From Hydrolagus colliei (Eukaryota), in NCBI GenBank assembly GCA_035084275.1, contig CM068742.1, positions 124,000,001 to 124,064,000 on the forward strand: DNA of 64,000 nucleotides, read 5' to 3'. A program made the position numbers and the translations under genes. Every line of letters begins with the position of its first letter. Within the stretch, counting starts at the first letter, position 1. Positions 54,191 through 64,000 of the stretch are shown here, piece by piece. The notes beneath the pieces were generated by a model. That model ran no database searches, was not told the origin of the DNA, and saw nothing but the letters and a program-made list of their open reading frames with translations.

Positions 54191-54547
54191 CAATAATCCT
54201 TGCATTTGATATATTGCCTTACCATGTCCTTGAGACATCTCAAAGCGCTTCACGGAATATACTGTGACCTCATATATTTGCGGGCAAAATATAGCAGTTA
54301 CTTGTGCACTGCAGTGTCCCAAAAAATGTTGTGAATTGAGTGACCAAATTATTATTATTTTATTTGCTAATTTATTTATTTTTGAAAGGATTTTTGTCCT
54401 GGAAAAGGGATCTGCCAATCGAATAACAACCGGTTTCCTAGGTAAACAAATGGAAGTGGAGTAAAGAAACTTCTTCTGTCTGGGAATCAAACCCAGGTCC
54501 TCTTGCTGGCAAGGTGAGAGCTCTAACCAATACACTACAGGATTCTA
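54191..54547 (-). mobile_element. SINE copy (long form)
   Basis: Tail-core-head match. Confidence 0.8.
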
Positions 54548-56083
54548 TTTATCTCATATGTATTATTTTACATGTAGACAAAAGTTCAGGTCCTAAGAAT
54601 TGATTGCCAATAAAAAAATCTATAAAGGGCCCAAAATTCCGGTATAAGAACAATTTGCATTTATATAGCACTGTTCATGCAGGATAGTGACTCAAAGCTT
54701 TTCTTTAACAAAACGTCAGGAATCATCAGACCGGCTTTTCAAACTGGCATTTCCTTTTGAATTTTTTTTTATTGATCTTGGTAGTGAACCATGCAATTAT
54801 GGACACAAATCCGATTACCTCAGCAACTAATCTGTGAACGTTGCTTTCAAACCCAGCTTCAAACATTGTGCTTCTCATCTACCTGCACAACATCCCAGGA
54901 GATTCCTTTGACATGTACATCACATTATCCAATGCCCCTGAATCTTTTTAACTTGGGACTTGGCGCTTGTGGTTTAGGCTGCACTTCAGTGCTGCAATGT
55001 CAGAGATGCCATTCTTGAGACGAGACTTTGAACCAAGTTTATTTTTGCCTGTTTACTTGGATATTAAAGATCCCATCAAAATATTTTTTAAAAACAGTTA
55101 GTTTGTTCCTTGTTTTAGACAACAATGTTTCAGATGCAATTAATCATTTACCCTTTGGTAGTTTATGGGACACTGATGCATGTAAATTGGTTGCCACATT
55201 TGCTTACAACTACGCAGTCATTACACTTTACCAAAACTCTTTGAGATATTCCGAGTTGATGAGGCACTGTTTCAATTGCGAGCATTATTATTCATTTTCA
55301 GTAGTTTACCTATTGCCTTTTTGAAACTCTTTATGTGCTACAGAAAACCACACAGGAGGAAATCTCGCTTGTAAGTCGAGTGCTCTAACCAATAATTAAA
55401 AGGACTCCACTGCTGTTTAAAACAAGTTTCTGCACCCATCAATTACAGCTCTTCAATATAAATATGAGTTTGAAAGGATTCATCAGTTAATCATAACCTT
55501 ATTAGCCTCAACAATCAGATTAAGTGTGTCAGAGGTGAAGGAGACATTTTATTTGTGAAGCCTCATTAACCTAAATGAATTAAACAAGTGACTGAGGCTT
55601 TTGAGCTCACTAAACACCTCTAAAAACCTGACTTCTATTCCATCCATTAGTACAATACAATTATACGAGATTCCCTTGGTGTTATTAATATCTTATGCAA
55701 GTATGAAACATTTCAATTCACCACACTTTTGAATCTTTACTTACTCTAGAATCTGGAATCCTTAATATTGACTATATATATATAAATGCATCAATTGCTC
55801 AATACAAAGAAATTAAGAACTGAATTATATTAAAAATTCCATTTGCTTTTGAGCAAGCATTTCCAGCATTTTCAGTTGGGTGAGAGCATCTTTTTTTACT
55901 TGTCTCATGTGCGGGCGATGCTGAGAAAGGCCAAAGTTTATATCTGCCAATTGAATCTGTTTATATCTGCTAGCACCAAGCTCTGCGACCACATCACTCC
56001 CACCCTCGCCCGGCTCCATTGGCTCTCCATCCCCCAGAGGATCGAATTCAAGATTCTCATCCTCACTATTAAGGCTATTCACA

Positions 56084-56721
56084 GCCATATTGTATTCATA
56101 GTCCTCGAATACAATATACAGGTTTGCAAGGGGTGGGCGGGGGGAAGGGGAGAGAGACGGCTGGGTGGGGGGAGGGAGGGGGAGAGAGACGGCTGGGGGG
56201 GGGGGAGGTGGAGAGAGATGGCTGCTGGGGGGGGGAGGGGGAGAGAGATGGCTGGGGTGGAGGAGGAGAGACGGCTTGGGGGGGCGCGGAGGGGGAGAGA
56301 GACGGCTGGGGTGTGCGGTGGGGGGAGAGAGATGGCAGGTGGGGGTGGGTGGGAGAGAGGGACGGCAGCGGGGGGGCGGAGGAGAGAGGGATGGTGGATG
56401 GGGGTGGGGGGGGTGGGGGCAGAGACGGGGTGGATGTGATATTTTACAGATAGATAGAGATGGGGGGGATGTGAGAGAGGAGAGAGACACAGAGACACAG
56501 ACAGAAAAACACAGAGATGGAGAGAGTGAGTGCGAGAGACACAGAGAGAGAAAGATATTTACCTCCTGAGGAGACAGGCCCCGAATGCGCGCGCACCCCG
56601 AATGCGTGCGCCGTGCGCGCATGCGCAGTACGAAAAACCCGAAATATCGATATTTTGGTATATCTCGATATGAGCCCATCGATATATCTAAATCGGAAAA
56701 TTGCCATATCGACGGACCCTA
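56084..56721 (-). mobile_element. Second, truncated copy of the hAT element
   Basis: Reverse-complement match to 20883-21883, including the TIR (TATCGACGGACCCTA ending 56721), subterminal motifs and a shorter minisatellite; the other end is missing. Confidence 0.88.
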
Positions 56722-56958
56722 CTGCAAAGTGAATTCACTGTACTTTTTGTGGGCAAAATGCAGCAGCTAATTACGCACAGCAGTGTTTCACAAACAGTGG
56801 TGGATTAAAATGATCAATTTTCTTATTCTTTTTTTTGAGGGATTATTATTAGGTATGTAGAGTAAGGAAACTTGCCCAAGGTTTTGCCCTGCCTGAAATT
56901 GAACCCAGGTCTCTTTCTTGTAAGGTGAGTGCTCTAACCACTGAACTACTGGACTCCA
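56722..56958 (-). mobile_element. SINE copy cut by the hAT element and abutting the palindromic element
   Basis: Core and head present; tail replaced by the hAT TIR at 56721. Confidence 0.82.
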
Positions 56959-56960
56959 TA

Positions 56961-57218
56961 AACAGAACACAAAATACTACAGATGCTGGGAATTGGAAAC
57001 AAAAACAAAAGTTGCTGGGGAAACTCAGTAGGTCAGGCAGAATCCATGGAGAAAGGAAAAAGAGTCAACGTTTTGGGTCTACAACCCTACATCAGAACAA
57101 AGGGTTCTGATGAACGAAGGGTTCTGATGAAGGGTGTAGACCCGAAACGTTGACTCTTTTTCCTTTCTCCTTGGATGCGGCCTGACCTGCTGGGTTTCCC
57201 CAGCAACTTTGTTTTTGT
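56961..57218. mobile_element. Palindromic Penelope-like-element-derived insertion
   Basis: ~100-bp inverted arms (56998-57098 vs 57121-57219); 14-bp TSD TACTGGACTCCATA at 56947-56960 and 57219-57232; hammerhead motif in the arms. Confidence 0.8.
57116..57159 (+). ncRNA. Minimal type I hammerhead ribozyme motif
   Basis: CUGAUGA (57124-57130), extra A, stem II GGGU-GUAG-ACCC, GAAA (57144-57147), palindromic ACGU stem III, GUU triplet ending 57151, stem I GAAGGGUU/GACUCUUU. Activity untested. Confidence 0.7.
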
Positions 57219-58233
57219 TACTGGACTCCATATGCTGTTGAAATTTTTTTTCCAATGTTCTTCATATTGAGCAATATCTACTCCCATCATAAAACATATT
57301 TAAAAAAACTCCCATTATATACCATTCATTTGCATGGAAAATATATAAATATTAAGACAATTGGATTTGGGGGCATCAAACTTGAGATTTTGGGACATTG
57401 TGAGTAAAACCATACATAAAATCGATTACTTCATCCAGACCAATCTTGTGATGTTGTGAATATTCATCAATACTGGGTAAAATATATGACTTGAAACTGA
57501 ACTGTTACCATTCAAAATTTAACTATATATTCAGTAGCTTCTATCTTCCATTCATTCCCTTTCGTCGTTTAAGCTACACCCCTTACCATACCTCTTTGAC
57601 CTTGCTTTGACCCACCTCTCACCCCACCTCAGCTTCAGTACATAACCAGAATTGTCAAGAGCTTTGGGACATCTGCCCGATGTGAAAAGGGCTATATACA
57701 GTACTGTATGTCTATATTGTATTGTTTTTTGCTCCTGCTTTGAAATTCTTTGCCTTTGCAGCATTTCAGAAACAATCTGAAATGATGCAGAGATGGAGGA
57801 TTTCAAAGCAGGGACAAAATAAAATGCATTATAGTTTGTCTAAGTTGATAGCACTCTCAGCCTCTATCAGATATCATTGTGCTGAAACTGGTGTGTGGTG
57901 TGGGGGAGAATAGGAATGAAATTATTTATCTCTCGAATGAGACATGCATGGGTCATTATCAAATCCCCAACCTCTTCATCTGTTTTCTGGAAGATGTTAA
58001 AAACCTACTGAAACTATTCACAGCGAGTTTTTATAGCTTATAGCTGTCTATGGAACCTTTACTGGTGTAACTGACTGCCAGAAAATTCAATGCAATGCGC
58101 TGTTATAAATATGCAAGTTCTTTCTTTATCTTATGAATAACAAGAAAACATCAGGTGATTTGCTAGTTGTTTGATATCCTTTCCTGCAATCTATTAAACA
58201 ACAGTGTTTCTTGGTATTTTATTGGTGACTTAC

Positions 58234-58343
58234 CCACTTGGGCATGTTCCCCGCATGAGGATCGTGATGATGAAACTGAAGAACTAGCACAGTGACAACC
58301 ACAGACAGACCCACGATAAACATTGTGCTTGCGAAGTACTGAG
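58234..58343 (-). CDS. chrna8: Same receptor, penultimate coding exon (TM3)
   Basis: gtgtttcAG / GTAAGT; 110 nt, the size of the equivalent alpha7-family exon; (A)[36 protein letters not shown]; joins in phase 0 to the last exon. Missed by the ORF track. Confidence 0.9.
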
Positions 58344-58671
58344 CTGAAACACAAGACAACACAAAGTATTATTGTCAGGGTGATACTGAATATGGCAGCA
58401 ATTCTCAAAACCTTTCCTCTTCATCTTTCCTCTCATGAATAACTTAAAGAAACAACTGCATTGGATGAAATATTCTATTATGAGTTCACTTCCAATCAAT
58501 TCCTCCAGACATTACAAACGCAGTAAGAAGAGATGACCAGGGCACTGGTATGTGTAAAAAGATTTAACCTTGTAACACTAGCACAGATTTTCCTTCGAAG
58601 AAGAGTTCCCACTGCCTGTATCCCTTGAAAAAACACAATTATAAATAGGCATCATGACCAATTGTAATATA

Positions 58672-59729
58672 CAGTAAAAGCCTGTTTATCCGGCACCCTC
58701 AGGACCTGGCCAGTGTAATTAAACTGCATGTCGCATATTCGGGCGGCCAGCTGCTGAAAATGCACCACAAAAAAATTACCTTTTTTTAAACATATCATAT
58801 TAATAATAGACTAAATAATAACAGAATATTGTATGAATACTTACCAATAGAGCAATATATTTTGTTTACTTTCTATAAACAGCACACAATCACAAAGCAA
58901 ACTTCTACAATGGTTTACTTCTTAAAGGGCAGGCATTGTCAGTTTTTCCTCCTTTTTTTTTCTATCTTTCTCTCCTTCCCCCCTCTCTCTTTCACACACA
59001 CACTCAGTCAGTCTGGCATCTCAGTGGCTCCAAACTCAACCCACCTCCACTCTTTCCCCCCTCCACTCTTTCCTCCCTCCACTTTTCCCCCTCCCCCCTT
59101 TCCCTCTCTCCCCCTCCCTCTCTCTCCTTCTCCCACCCCCACCAAAACAGTGTATAAACCCACGATACTGGCAGGCTACAAAGGCCTGTANNNNNNNNNN
59201 NNNNNNNNNNNNNNNNNNNNNNNNNNNNNNNNNNNNNNNNNNNNNNNNNNNNNNNNNNNNNNNNNNNNNNNNNNNNNNNNNNNNNNNNNNNNNNNNNNNN
59301 NNNNNNNNNNNNNNNNNNNNNNNNNNNNNNNNNNNNNNNNNNNNNNNNNNNNNNNNNNNNNNNNNNNNNNNNNNNNNNNNNNNNNNNNNNNNNNNNNNNN
59401 NNNNNNNNNNNNNNNNNNNNNNNNNNNNNNNGGGAGAGATAGACAGGAAGGAAAGAGAGGGAGAGAGAGCAAGAAAAAGAAAAAGGAGAGAGAGAAAAGG
59501 GAGAGGAAGAGAAAAAACAGTGCCCCTTTAAGAAGAAAGACTGGAAGTGTACTACATGCAGCATTCAGAACTAATCGTACTGTACTCTAGTGCAAAATTC
59601 GACTCATTAAATGCACCACAGCGATTGTGCCGGATAAGATCCGGTTAATCGAATGGGTACCATTTTTTTGAGGTGCCGGTTATACAGAAGTTACGGTTGA
59701 TTGGGTCATGGATAAACAGGCTTTTACTG
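58672..59729 (+). mobile_element. Tigger/pogo-like non-autonomous element spanning the assembly gap
   Basis: Perfect 20-bp TIRs CAGTAAAAGCCTGTTTATCC / GGATAAACAGGCTTTTACTG with TA on both flanks. Confidence 0.85.
59191..59431. other. Assembly gap (run of N)
   Basis: Seen directly. Confidence 1.
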
Positions 59730-60700
59730 TACTATAGTAAACTTTACAGTCATATGGTGAATGACTAAACCATGAGGTCACATTAGAGAGTACTTTGGTA
59801 ATGACGGAAGGGTTGTAGTTTAGGATTGCATATTACAATACAACAACAAATTAGAAGAATTTCATTTGGCACTGGATAGGTGAGGATTTGCACCCTTAAT
59901 GCAATACAATTGACACTTATATGTAATTTGATGTATTTTACTTTGGGAGGATGTCACAAAGTGTTTGCCAATTCTGGCTGGGCATGGGAGCTGAGGGTAT
60001 CTTTGACTGATAGCGAGGTTGAAGTTGTTCATTTTGAGGTATACGGTATCTCGAAAGATGGTCAGGTCGACGTGATAGGCCACTGTATGAAATGCTAGGA
60101 TTATTATTATTATTACAACTACTCCTACCAAAAATCAGTAAGCCTTTGTTTGTCTCACTGGTGTCTGGTGTTTTACTTTCTAACACAGCTCATTGTATGA
60201 TTTTGCAACTGCTCTATGATCTCAATTAAAACTACATACCACAGCTGGATAAGTGCACTTGTAGCTGTTATTATGGTCAAACGGCTTGTGCAGATATTTA
60301 ACAAGCGTGATACACGCTCTACTGAACTTGCTTTTTTGGTTGCCTGCTGGCTTTATATAGAGGTGAAATAAATTTCTGTCACTGAGCAATATTGACCTCT
60401 TGTGAGTTTTGCTTAGTGTTACTTTGGAAATCTCTTTAAAGAAGGGGTAATAAACATGAGGGATTGTGCTGCCCATTGTATCATGTTATTATTTTTTTAA
60501 AGAACAATGGGGGGAAATTTGCAGAATGCATTGGCTGAATAAACCATTGAATAATTGAATAAACTGGCCAGGGCACTCAGAGAAACTATCTTCCCTTTTT
60601 GGAATAGTGTCATCGATTTTCTTTTCCAATTTCCAATGAAGTTTCTGAAACCCTTCACTGAATGATTGACTATTACACCCCAATAATGGTCTTTCTATAC

Positions 60701-60885
60701 CAAAACTGGAGATCACTGAGAAACCTCAGCAGGTCAGGCAGTATCCATGGAGAAAGGAAAGCAGGTCAACCATTTGGGTCAATGACCTTTTGTCAGAACC
60801 CAAATGATGTTTACTCACTTTCCTTTCTCCATAGATGCTGCTTAACCAGCTGAGTGTTCTCAGCGATCTCTGTTTTTGTTTCAGA
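60701..60885. mobile_element. Older degenerate copy of the same palindromic element
   Basis: CTCAGCAGGTCAGGCAGTATCCATGGAGAAAGGAAA ... TTTCCTTTCTCCATAGATGCTGCTTAACCAGCTGAG inverted arms, homologous to 56998-57219; hammerhead core decayed. Confidence 0.75.
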
Positions 60886-61131
60886 TTTTTGGCAAATATC
60901 CAACAGCAGCAAAATTACCTTTCATATCAGGAGGGCATCACAAGATGCTGAACAGTCAGTGGTTGATGTTCAACTGAAGAAAGTTAGCTCTCATCCAGGA
61001 CTTGATGACTGACAGACATTCTATCACGACAGCAGTGGTCCTGGAGTCAAGGATGGAGGCAGAGAGATACAGTTGTGTATCTTCCGCATACATGTGGAAC
61101 TTGACCACACTTGGAGTCAATTTCCACATGT

Positions 61132-61535
61132 TGGGTCCTGTAGCTCAGAGGTAAGAGAACTTGCCTTGCAAGCGAGAGACCTGGGGTTCGATTAACGGCT
61201 TGGCAATACCCTGTGAAGTACAGTACCCTTACTCCAGATGCCTGGTAATAATCCCTGAAAAAAAATTGGTCTTTGCATTTGATGTAGCGATTTTCACATC
61301 TTCTAGATGTCTCAAAGTGCTTCACAGAATATACTGTAAAGTGAATTGACTGTGTATATCTGGGCGAAATGCGGCAGCCAATTGCCCATAGCAGCGTCCC
61401 ACAAACAGCTGGATTGAAAAATTACCAATTTATTATATTCTTTTTGAGGGATTATTATCAGGCATCTAGAGTAAGGAAACTTGCCCAAGATTTTGCCCTG
61501 CCTGGAATCGAACCCAGGTCTCTCGCTTGTAAGAC
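61132..61535. mobile_element. Two SINE copies in opposite orientation (+ head ~61132-61270; - copy ~61272-61535)
   Basis: GCAAGCGAGAGACCTGGGGTTCGATT on + and AATCGAACCCAGGTCTCTCGCTTGT further right. Confidence 0.8.
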
Positions 61536-62299
61536 AAGAAGGATACCTGGGGATTGAACCTGATGCCAAGGTTTTGTAGAGGTTTGGTGAGTCTGCAGGA
61601 TAGGCAGGAAAGGTTGTAGGTGAAATAATGAAGCAACTGCGACTGAAATCATATTAAAAACATTGAATCCATATGCATAGATCCATCTGCTTTGCTTTAA
61701 CTTGTCACTGGGGGAGACAGTGTGCAGTCTGTTGTTGCTCAGCAGTGCATGTCTGTGCACAAACCATAAAAAACATACTATCTGGCTGACAATTATTGCA
61801 GCCATTGCTTAAAAGTCTGGGGCAGCACAGATTCAGTTTGGCTTTTACAATATTAATATTTCAGAACAATATTACGGTCAGGAAAACACAAAGTCCGCTC
61901 TCTGATTAAAGATGGCCCAATCTGCTCTAAGCACTGGAGCCTTCAGTTGGAGTTTGGAGATTGCATTTCAGGTTTCTTTGCTAGATGCAGGTTTAAGAAA
62001 AAGTTGTTTCAAAAGTAAAATTTTAACATTGAAAAGGTCATATTAACAGTCGGGGTTTGAAAAAATGAATAGCATTCTAATTGGTCATAAGAAATCTGAG
62101 GAAGGAATTATTTTTCTAAAGTCAGAGTGTGTTCAGTCCCTTCCTGTCATTACGGGTATGTTTAGAAGGGCACTGATAATAATAACAATAATCCTTGCAT
62201 TTGATATAATGCTTTTCACATCTTATTGATGTCTCAAAGCGCTTAAATGATGAACTGAAGAACAGAATGTGTTTGGGAATATCTTAACAAATCTGTATA

Positions 62300-62432
62300 C
62301 GCGTGCGTATATGTGTGGTGTGCATATATTTATGTAAATGTACCTACGTGTGTTTGTGTGTAATTCTGTGTGTGTGTATTCATCTGCATTTATGTGTGTA
62401 TAAATGTGTGTGTTATGTGTGCCTGTGTGTAT
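62300..62432 (+). repeat. Degenerate (TG)n/(TA)n microsatellite
   Basis: Seen directly. Confidence 0.85.
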
Positions 62433-63065
62433 TTATCATTGAGCATTTAAAAGTGGCTGTTAGTGTTTTAGTTGTCTGTTTAAAGGCTGTCTTGTAGGAT
62501 AACACATGAATAAAATATAAGATAAAATATAAACCATTGGTTTATTAGAACCACAAGATTACAACAGGATTACAAGATTGGTTTGGATAAAGAAGGTCCT
62601 TTGGCTTATCTGATCTCATCCTTCCAGAACACCCATCCTACTGTTCCCTCCATCACAGCAACAAGATGCGTTTTAAATGAATCCAGCGACCTGGTTTCAA
62701 GAATTGATCTGAGTTTACTTTTTCAATCATTATGTCCACAAAATATATCGTCAATTCACTTTCAATTATATTCTGTGAAGCGCTTTGCAACGTCCATCTG
62801 AGTCATCTTTTCTCAAGACTAAGCTTGTTTAATAGTTACTCGTAGCTCATTCCTCTATCACTGACGATCTTCCTCCTTGTTCTCTTCCTCATTACCTTTC
62901 TGACCTGTTCATTCCCCTTACTCCAAGGTGATCACAACTGTAAGCATCATATATCAGGAAAATCAAACAGCTACATCCCTGACAACAGAACAAGAGATAG
63001 TTCATTGCGTGCCAAAAAGGACAATGTTTTATCTGAAAGAGTTTGGAATTATGAATCCCTAAATA

Positions 63066-63806
63066 CAGTAAAAGCCTGTTTATCCGGCACTGTGGGACCT
63101 GGCCAATGCCGGTTAAAGCGCCTGCCGGATATTCGGGCGGCCAGCGGCCGAAAACCCACTGCAAAAAAGTTAAAGTTCTTTTAACACACACCGTACACAC
63201 CAGACTAAGTAATGGCAGATAATAACAGAATATTATATTGGCACCCACCGTCAAAACTACTCTTCTGCGCTTCCTGCTCCCACTGAATAAGGTTTACAGT
63301 CCAGCGACCCTTCCCCAAATGGAGGACGCCAAGCGGGAGAAAAAAATGGCAGCGCGATCTTAAAGTTGCGCGACTTTACTAGCTGCAAGCCGAAGCCCTA
63401 GACTCTACTAGTGGCAAACCAAAATACTGCACCTGCACGACAATGTGGGTTATTGGCTAGCGTTATCGGCTTGCCGCTAGTATGATTTTAAAGTCATACA
63501 TGCTTCGTTTCTTTCACCCGCCTGGCGTGCCCCATTCCAAAAAGAATCGCTGGACAACAAACCTCAACCGCAGCATCATGGCTTCAAGCACAGCATCTAC
63601 CAGCAAAGATAACAAGCGCAAGAGAGAAGCTCCAACAACAAGCACCAATACAATATTCTGTCACTGCTATTATTTATGCATTTACAAATGCTCTACTGCT
63701 ATTGTTCCGGATAAGTTCCGGTTTATCGAATGGGGACTTTTTTTTTGTCGTGCCGGTTATGCGGAAGTGCCAGTGCATCGAGTCACGGATAAACAGGCTT
63801 CTACTG
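63066..63806 (+). mobile_element. Tigger/pogo-like element of the same TIR family, internal-deletion derivative
   Basis: Same TIRs (one mismatch), TA flanks, shared subterminal sequence with 58672-59729; CpG-rich interior with MASSTASTSKDNKRKR, resembling a basic transposase N-terminus. Confidence 0.85.
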
Positions 63807-64000
63807 TACTTGGTTGTTACTATTATTGCCTTATGTCAGAGAGATATAAAAACCTAATGTGAAGACCGGTGAAATTGAATGAAACTTCATGCAGGATTCA
63901 GTTGCAAACAGCCATAATACATTTTATGCTCTATTTATTCTGACTGAACTGGTTCTGTGCTCCCAGCCCATTACTCAAAGAGAACTAGAGTGCTTAACTT

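Noticed and set aside
55825-56707. Similar ORF stack (up to 284 aa)
   Set aside because: Second hAT copy fused to an L2 fragment; not a gene.
58829-59590. ORFs of 98-253 aa
   Set aside because: They read through the N gap and low-complexity sequence.
58344-64000. Expected chrna8 TM2 exon (GITVLLSLTVFMLLVAE-like)
   Set aside because: Not found by eye; it probably lies beyond the window.

Overview
Eukaryotic (vertebrate) genomic DNA, AT-rich and repeat-dense. The repeat set (Deu-domain tRNA-SINEs with L2-type tails, L2 and CR1 LINE fragments) points to a cartilaginous fish, probably a holocephalan; this is an inference. Two genes converge tail-to-tail. The last six coding exons of axonemal dynein heavy chain 6 (dnah6) lie on + at 9943-28340. 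The last two coding exons of an alpha7-subfamily nicotinic acetylcholine receptor, best matching alpha8 (chrna8), lie on - at 58343-58234 and 47564-47043. Nearly all other ORFs in the track are spurious or repeat-derived. Introns and intergenic DNA hold: a structurally complete, internally deleted Gypsy LTR element with a 5-bp TSD (2053-4277); hAT-type and Tigger/pogo-type non-autonomous DNA transposons; a possible Kolobok-like insert spanning an assembly gap; and many SINE/LINE pieces. The most notable item is a ~260-bp palindromic insertion with a 14-bp TSD (56961-57218) carrying a minimal type I hammerhead-ribozyme motif of the Penelope-like-element kind. The motif is intact antisense to chrna8 and mutated on the chrna8 sense strand. 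All homology calls come from recalled family motifs, not database searches, and most repeat boundaries are approximate.
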